A stretch of 32,000 nt of DNA from Nitrosospira multiformis ATCC 25196 (GTDB taxonomy: Bacteria; Pseudomonadota; Gammaproteobacteria; Burkholderiales; Nitrosomonadaceae), in assembly GCF_000196355.1 (NCBI RefSeq), contig NC_007614.1:840001-872000 (forward strand), given 5' to 3'. The notes under the pieces are model-generated. The model searched no databases, had not been told where the DNA came from, and saw nothing but the letters and a program-made list of their open reading frames with translations. A program made the position numbers and the translations under genes. This document shows, piece by piece, positions 28,194 through 32,000 of this stretch. The number at the start of each line of letters is the position of its first letter. The first letter of the stretch is position 1.

Positions 28194-28601
28194 TTAAAGG
28201 CCGAACAGGTGCGATTTCAGTGCCTGTATCAGCGCCTTGCGTGCCTTCGGATTCAAGGCGTTTCCGCTCTCATTCAGCGCCTCATCCAGAATTTTTTCCA
28301 GCAGCACGGTTATATCGGCGGGGGAAAGTGTCGAAGGCGCGGAATGCATGACTTCCGTGAGGGTGGGTATATTGGCGTCAGACGGGGACGGGCCGGCGGC
28401 GACTTCTGTGAGGGTGGGGATATCCTCTGCTTGTGCTCGCTTCGTCGAGGTTGCGGATAAACGGGGTGAGCCGGCGGCCAAGTGGCTATCGCTGCCAGCC
28501 AGCGGCGGGGAGGATACGTCCTGGTGTCTGCTCAGCAGTATTTCGAGCTTGCGCAGAATTTTGTCATATTCATCCTGCGAGGCTTTTTTGCTGTTTGTCA
28601 T
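28194..28601 (-). CDS. Hypothetical protein with an internally duplicated IPTLTEV motif
   Basis: 135-aa ORF, on the same strand as and 86 nt downstream of holC. It has helical N- and C-terminal segments flanking a Ser/Pro/Ala-rich linker that contains two IPTLTEV motifs 17 aa apart. No clear Shine-Dalgarno site. Confidence 0.5.
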   Translation of the reverse strand: MTNSKKASQDEYDKILRKLEILLSRHQDVSSPPLAGSDSHLAAGSPRLSATSTKRAQAEDIPTLTEVAAGPSPSDANIPTLTEVMHSAPSTLSPADITVLLEKILDEALNESGNALNPKARKALIQALKSHLFGL

Positions 28602-28687
28602 TGAAATGCCGGTTGATAAAGAGAGGGGGCGGAACTCCGGGAATTGATACCTGCTGCGCGATTTGGCATGATTTGGTGTCTGTCTGC

Positions 28688-29110
28688 CTATACGGCACCA
28701 AGGCGGTGATGCCGTATTTCGTAACCACGATCCTGATAAAACCGGTAGCGTTTCCTTGCGGCCTGGGTATCTTCGTCCGTGTTGCCCGCAATTTCAATGA
28801 GTCGCCGGAAGCGGCTGAAGAAAGGAGGGTTTTCAGGGCCCAGGTTGAGCAATACATCATCGTGCGGCGGATTCCTTCCACTATCGCTGAGTGTTACCGG
28901 CGTGAACTCAGCCAGCTTGTCGTCTGTCTGGCAGTGCGGAATAAAATCGGTCGCAGAGAAAGTCCACAACAACTTATCGATCTGCTCGACCGTAGCCATG
29001 TCAGGCGCGTAAATCATGACCTTGAATCCTTTCCGCACGGCTGTTGCAACCAGACGACAGGCGGTATGGAGCCGGTCTCCCCCGCCCGAGTAGAAGTCGA
29101 TTTCCGTCAT
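28688..29110 (-). CDS. holC: DNA polymerase III chi subunit
   Basis: 140 aa with the family pattern (MTEIDFY...RLHTACRLVATAVRKGFKVMIYAPDMATVEQIDKLLWTFSATDFIPH). Its ATG overlaps the pepA stop (ATGA at 29107-29110), the classical pepA-holC arrangement. Confidence 0.85.
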   Translation of the reverse strand: MTEIDFYSGGGDRLHTACRLVATAVRKGFKVMIYAPDMATVEQIDKLLWTFSATDFIPHCQTDDKLAEFTPVTLSDSGRNPPHDDVLLNLGPENPPFFSRFRRLIEIAGNTDEDTQAARKRYRFYQDRGYEIRHHRLGAV

Positions 29111-30663
29111 TCCTTCGATTTGCGCCGGTTCTTGCGGCTGCCGGTCTCGCCAGTGCTACCGGGTTGTCTGGTAGTCCGGCTGATCAAAAACTGGGTGAGC
29201 AGCGGTACCGGACGTCCGGTCGCGCCTTTTTCCTTGCCGGATTTCCAGGCCGTCCCGGCTATGTCGAGGTGCGCCCAGCGATATTTTTTGGTGAATCGCG
29301 CCAGGAAGCAGGCGGCGGTAATGGTTCCCGCAGCGCGACCTCCGATATTGGCCACATCGGCGAAATTACTTTTCAGTTGCTCCTGATATTCGTCGAACAG
29401 CGGCAGACGCCAGGCGCGATCCACTGCACGCTCCGAAGCATCCAACAGTTCCCGGGCCAGTTCGTCGTCATTGCTCAGCAGGCCCGAGGCAACGTGACCG
29501 AGCGCTATGACACAGGCGCCGGTGAGCGTAGCAATATCGATTACTGCTTCCGGTTCGTAGCGTTCGGTGTAGGCCAGCGCGTCGCACAGGATCAGCCTGC
29601 CTTCGGCATCCGTATTGAGAATTTCTATGGTTTGTCCCGACATGCTCGTGACGACGTCGCCAGGTTTGGTGGCATTGCCGCCAGGCATGTTTTCGGTGGC
29701 TGGAATAATGCCGACCACATTGATTGGAAGACCCATTTTTGCAACAGCGTGAACGGTGCCCAGTACGCTGGCGGCCCCGCACATGTCGTACTTCATTTCA
29801 TCCATTTCCCCGGCTGGCTTGAGGGAAATGCCGCCCGTATCGAAGGTGACGCCCTTGCCTACCAGCACAACAGGTTTTCCCTTCTTCGCCCCTCCCCAAT
29901 ATTCCAGGGCAATCAGCTTGGGAGGCTGGCGGCTTCCGCGCGCCACGGCCAGCAATGCGCCCATGCCCAGATCCTCCATATCCTTTTGCTCCAGCACCGT
30001 CACTTTGAGCTTGTAAGTCTTGGCCATATTCATGGCCTGCTCCGCAAGATAGGTCGGAGTGCAGATGTTAGGTGCAAGATTGCCCAGATCCTTGGCCAGA
30101 CTCATGCCATCGCCCACAGCCAGTCCTTGTTGCAGAGCCTCCTCACTGGCGGTCTGTTCCTCCTCGGTGAGTGACTTGATAATACCGAGGGTAATTTTTT
30201 GCAGCTTCGGCTCGGCTTCCTCGACCTTGCTTTTCAGCCGGTCGAAGCGGTACATGCTCTCCAGCCCGCCGACCGCGATTTGCAGGACTTTCCAGGAGAG
30301 ATCGCGGTTTTTTACGGGCGCTTCCAGCAGAAACAGAGTGGCATCGGCAGCGCCAGTGTCAGAGAGTGCCTTGAACACTGCGCGTACTGCATCGCGGTAT
30401 CCCTTGTCGCCGAGTTCCTGCTCCTTGCCAAGCCCCACCAGCAATACGCGCTCGCAGGCGCTGTTGGGCACATTATGGAGCATCAGGGTCGCGCCCGCTT
30501 TGCCTTTCATATCCCCCCGGCTCAGGATGCCGGTAATATAGCCGTTTGCAGATTTGTCCAGCGCTTCGGCAGCAGGGGTCAATTTTTGTTGTTCGAAAAT
30601 ACCTGCAACCACACAGGCACTACGCTGTTTTTCGGGTGTTCCGTTCTTTATATTAAATTTCAC
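29107..30663 (-). CDS. pepA: Leucyl aminopeptidase (M17 family)
   Basis: 518 aa. M17 signatures are present: VGKGVTFDTGGISLKP and NTDAEGRLILCDAL. The last roughly 24 residues form a basic extension (SRTTRQPGSTGETGSRKNRRKSKE). Confidence 0.95.
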   Translation of the reverse strand: MKFNIKNGTPEKQRSACVVAGIFEQQKLTPAAEALDKSANGYITGILSRGDMKGKAGATLMLHNVPNSACERVLLVGLGKEQELGDKGYRDAVRAVFKALSDTGAADATLFLLEAPVKNRDLSWKVLQIAVGGLESMYRFDRLKSKVEEAEPKLQKITLGIIKSLTEEEQTASEEALQQGLAVGDGMSLAKDLGNLAPNICTPTYLAEQAMNMAKTYKLKVTVLEQKDMEDLGMGALLAVARGSRQPPKLIALEYWGGAKKGKPVVLVGKGVTFDTGGISLKPAGEMDEMKYDMCGAASVLGTVHAVAKMGLPINVVGIIPATENMPGGNATKPGDVVTSMSGQTIEILNTDAEGRLILCDALAYTERYEPEAVIDIATLTGACVIALGHVASGLLSNDDELARELLDASERAVDRAWRLPLFDEYQEQLKSNFADVANIGGRAAGTITAACFLARFTKKYRWAHLDIAGTAWKSGKEKGATGRPVPLLTQFLISRTTRQPGSTGETGSRKNRRKSKE

Positions 30664-30854
30664 AGCTTGCTCCTCGATTCAAGGCTTGCGGGCCGATTGT
30701 TCAAACCGGATAATGCTTCGATTATCGCCGGACTATTCGCATAAAGTCAAAGCAGATACGGGACCGTTTCCAAAAATCTCATAATGGAATTCCTGTCACT
30801 CTGTAATGCGGCTGCACCGTGAGCGGCTGTGTCGGAGTGAGAGGGGAGGAATGG

Positions 30855-31358
30855 ATGATCAGACAGAAGTCGATACGGCGGGTGAAGCCGCCGGAAGATT
30901 ATCAGGCCAGGCTTGCCACACCGTTTGCCGTGCTGGGCCTTCGCACGGATGAAGACTGGCTGACCGATATAGAATACCTGCCGCCGGATACGCCCACTCT
31001 CGTTCCGCAAACTCCTCTCGCCAGGGAAGTATGTGATCAGTTACAGGCCTACCTTGCCGATCCGGGTTTCGTGTTCGACCTGTCACTGCACATCGGCGGG
31101 ACGGTTCATCAGCGCCGTGTGTGGCAAGCCATCCAGGATATTCCGGCCGGTGCAACGCGCAGTTATGCCGCTATCGCGGTGGAGTTGCATTCCGCCCCGC
31201 GCGCAGTGGGGCAGGCGTGCGGAGCCAACCGCCTGCCCATCGTTATTCCCTGTCATCGTGTTATCGCCAAAAGCGGCGGTCTTGGAGGTTTCATGAACGC
31301 CAGCGATGGATTGCCGCTCACCATTAAGCGCTGGCTATTGCAGCATGAGGGTATCTGA
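30855..31358 (+). CDS. ogt: Methylated-DNA--protein-cysteine S-methyltransferase (Ogt/MGMT family)
   Basis: Active-site PCHRV motif (LPIVIPCHRVIAKSGGLGGF) and a helix-turn-helix region (TRSYAAIAVELHSAPRAVGQACGAN). The start is placed at the ATG at 30855, after GAGGGGAGGA. The GTG at 30819 is an alternative. Confidence 0.85.
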   Translation: MIRQKSIRRVKPPEDYQARLATPFAVLGLRTDEDWLTDIEYLPPDTPTLVPQTPLAREVCDQLQAYLADPGFVFDLSLHIGGTVHQRRVWQAIQDIPAGATRSYAAIAVELHSAPRAVGQACGANRLPIVIPCHRVIAKSGGLGGFMNASDGLPLTIKRWLLQHEGI

Positions 31359-32000
31359 GCGGAACCCGGAACTGCTCGATGAATTCTGCGATGCGCTGTG
31401 GCTGGAAGATGGGCTCTCGCGCAACACAATGGAGAGCTATCGCAGCGATCTGGAGCAGTTCGGTGACTGGTTCGCCCGACAGAAACCGGATGACAGCAGT
31501 TTTCTGACGGTCACGCATTCCGATCTGCTGGGATTCATGACGGGCAGGTTTTCCGCTGGAATGAAGGCCAGCACCACTAGCCGCGAGCTCTCGAGCCTAA
31601 AGCGGTTTTACCGCTTTCTGTTGCGCCAGGGAAAGATCAATGCAGATCCCACCCTCAATATCGATACACCCAGGCTTCCTCGCAACCTGCCGGTGAGTTT
31701 AACCGAGGCCGACGTGGAAGCCCTGCTTGGCGCACCCGACGTGACCTTTCCGTTGGGATTACGGGATCGCGCCATGCTCGAGGTGCTTTATGCAAGCGGC
31801 CTTCGGGTTTCAGAGCTTGTGAGCCTGGAAAGTGGACAGATCAGCCTGGACATGGGCGTGGTGCGCATCATGGGGAAGGGGGGGAAAGAACGCCTGACAC
31901 CGCTGGGGGAAGAGGCGCTGGAATGGATGGTTCGCTACATCAAGGAAATCCGTCCCGGGCTGCTGGATGGAAAATCGAGTAATGCGCTGTTCGTCACTTA
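31345..32000 (+). CDS. xerD: Tyrosine recombinase XerD (5' part; continues beyond the window)
   Basis: Frame 1 is open from the ATG at 31345 to the window end. The sequence is MRVSERNPELLDEFCDALWLEDGLSRNTMESYRSDLEQF...LRDRAMLEVLYASGLRVSELVSL...GKGGKERLTPLG. It overlaps the ogt stop by 14 nt. It is not in the ORF track because no stop falls within the window. Confidence 0.9.
   Translation, partial: MRVSERNPELLDEFCDALWLEDGLSRNTMESYRSDLEQFGDWFARQKPDDSSFLTVTHSDLLGFMTGRFSAGMKASTTSRELSSLKRFYRFLLRQGKINADPTLNIDTPRLPRNLPVSLTEADVEALLGAPDVTFPLGLRDRAMLEVLYASGLRVSELVSLESGQISLDMGVVRIMGKGGKERLTPLGEEALEWMVRYIKEIRPGLLDGKSSNALFVT

Noticed and set aside
28433-30174. Two long plus-strand ORFs (28433-29386 and 29044-30174)
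   Set aside because: They are antisense shadows of the hypothetical gene, holC and pepA, all of which have strong family signatures on the minus strand.
31345-32000. A tyrosine recombinase as a marker of an integrative element or genomic island
   Set aside because: The sequence is the housekeeping XerD type (ESYRSDLEQF, LRDRAMLEVLYASGLRVSELV). I saw no att-like repeats or tRNA gene nearby.

Overview
This is a dense, mostly housekeeping chromosomal segment of roughly 54% GC (estimated by eye) with about 30 protein genes. I found no rRNA, tRNA, CRISPR array, IS/transposase or phage genes.

Gene order:
- addB (3' end) and addA.
- mltB.
- A GT2 polyprenyl-phosphate glycosyltransferase convergent with a WecD-like GNAT acetyltransferase, forming a lower-GC islet.
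- A cytoplasmic HisKA_3 sensor kinase with a tandemly duplicated input module, then a NarL/LuxR-type response regulator and a small lipoprotein.
- A Fe3+ ABC importer with a Fur box (binding protein, permease, ATPase; minus strand).
- A small basic ORF, ybjQ, two SDR oxidoreductases, an AI-2E/PerM transporter and GlcG/DUF336.
- hppA (K+-independent H+-pyrophosphatase), a likely PPi-dependent phosphofructokinase, adk and valS, all on the minus strand.
- A plus-strand HAF-repeat secreted protein with a degenerate PEP-CTERM tail, which interrupts the usual pepA-holC-valS arrangement.
- A hypothetical gene, holC and pepA (minus strand).
- An ogt-like methyltransferase and the 5' part of xerD.

The content fits a betaproteobacterial chemolithoautotroph of the Nitrosospira/Nitrosomonas type. 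That is inference, not a search result.

I did not find a convincing self-contained novel system. The observations most worth a second look are:
- The 363-bp tandem duplication of the kinase sensory module, with divergence concentrated in one segment.
- adk, which has no canonical start codon at the position its Shine-Dalgarno site and N-terminal beta-strand require.
- The HAF/PEP-CTERM gene plus about 0.7 kb of non-coding DNA inserted between holC and valS.
- The lower-GC GT2/GNAT islet.
- A 94-codon ORF without a start codon, in frame behind perM.
- Several intergenic inverted and direct repeats.
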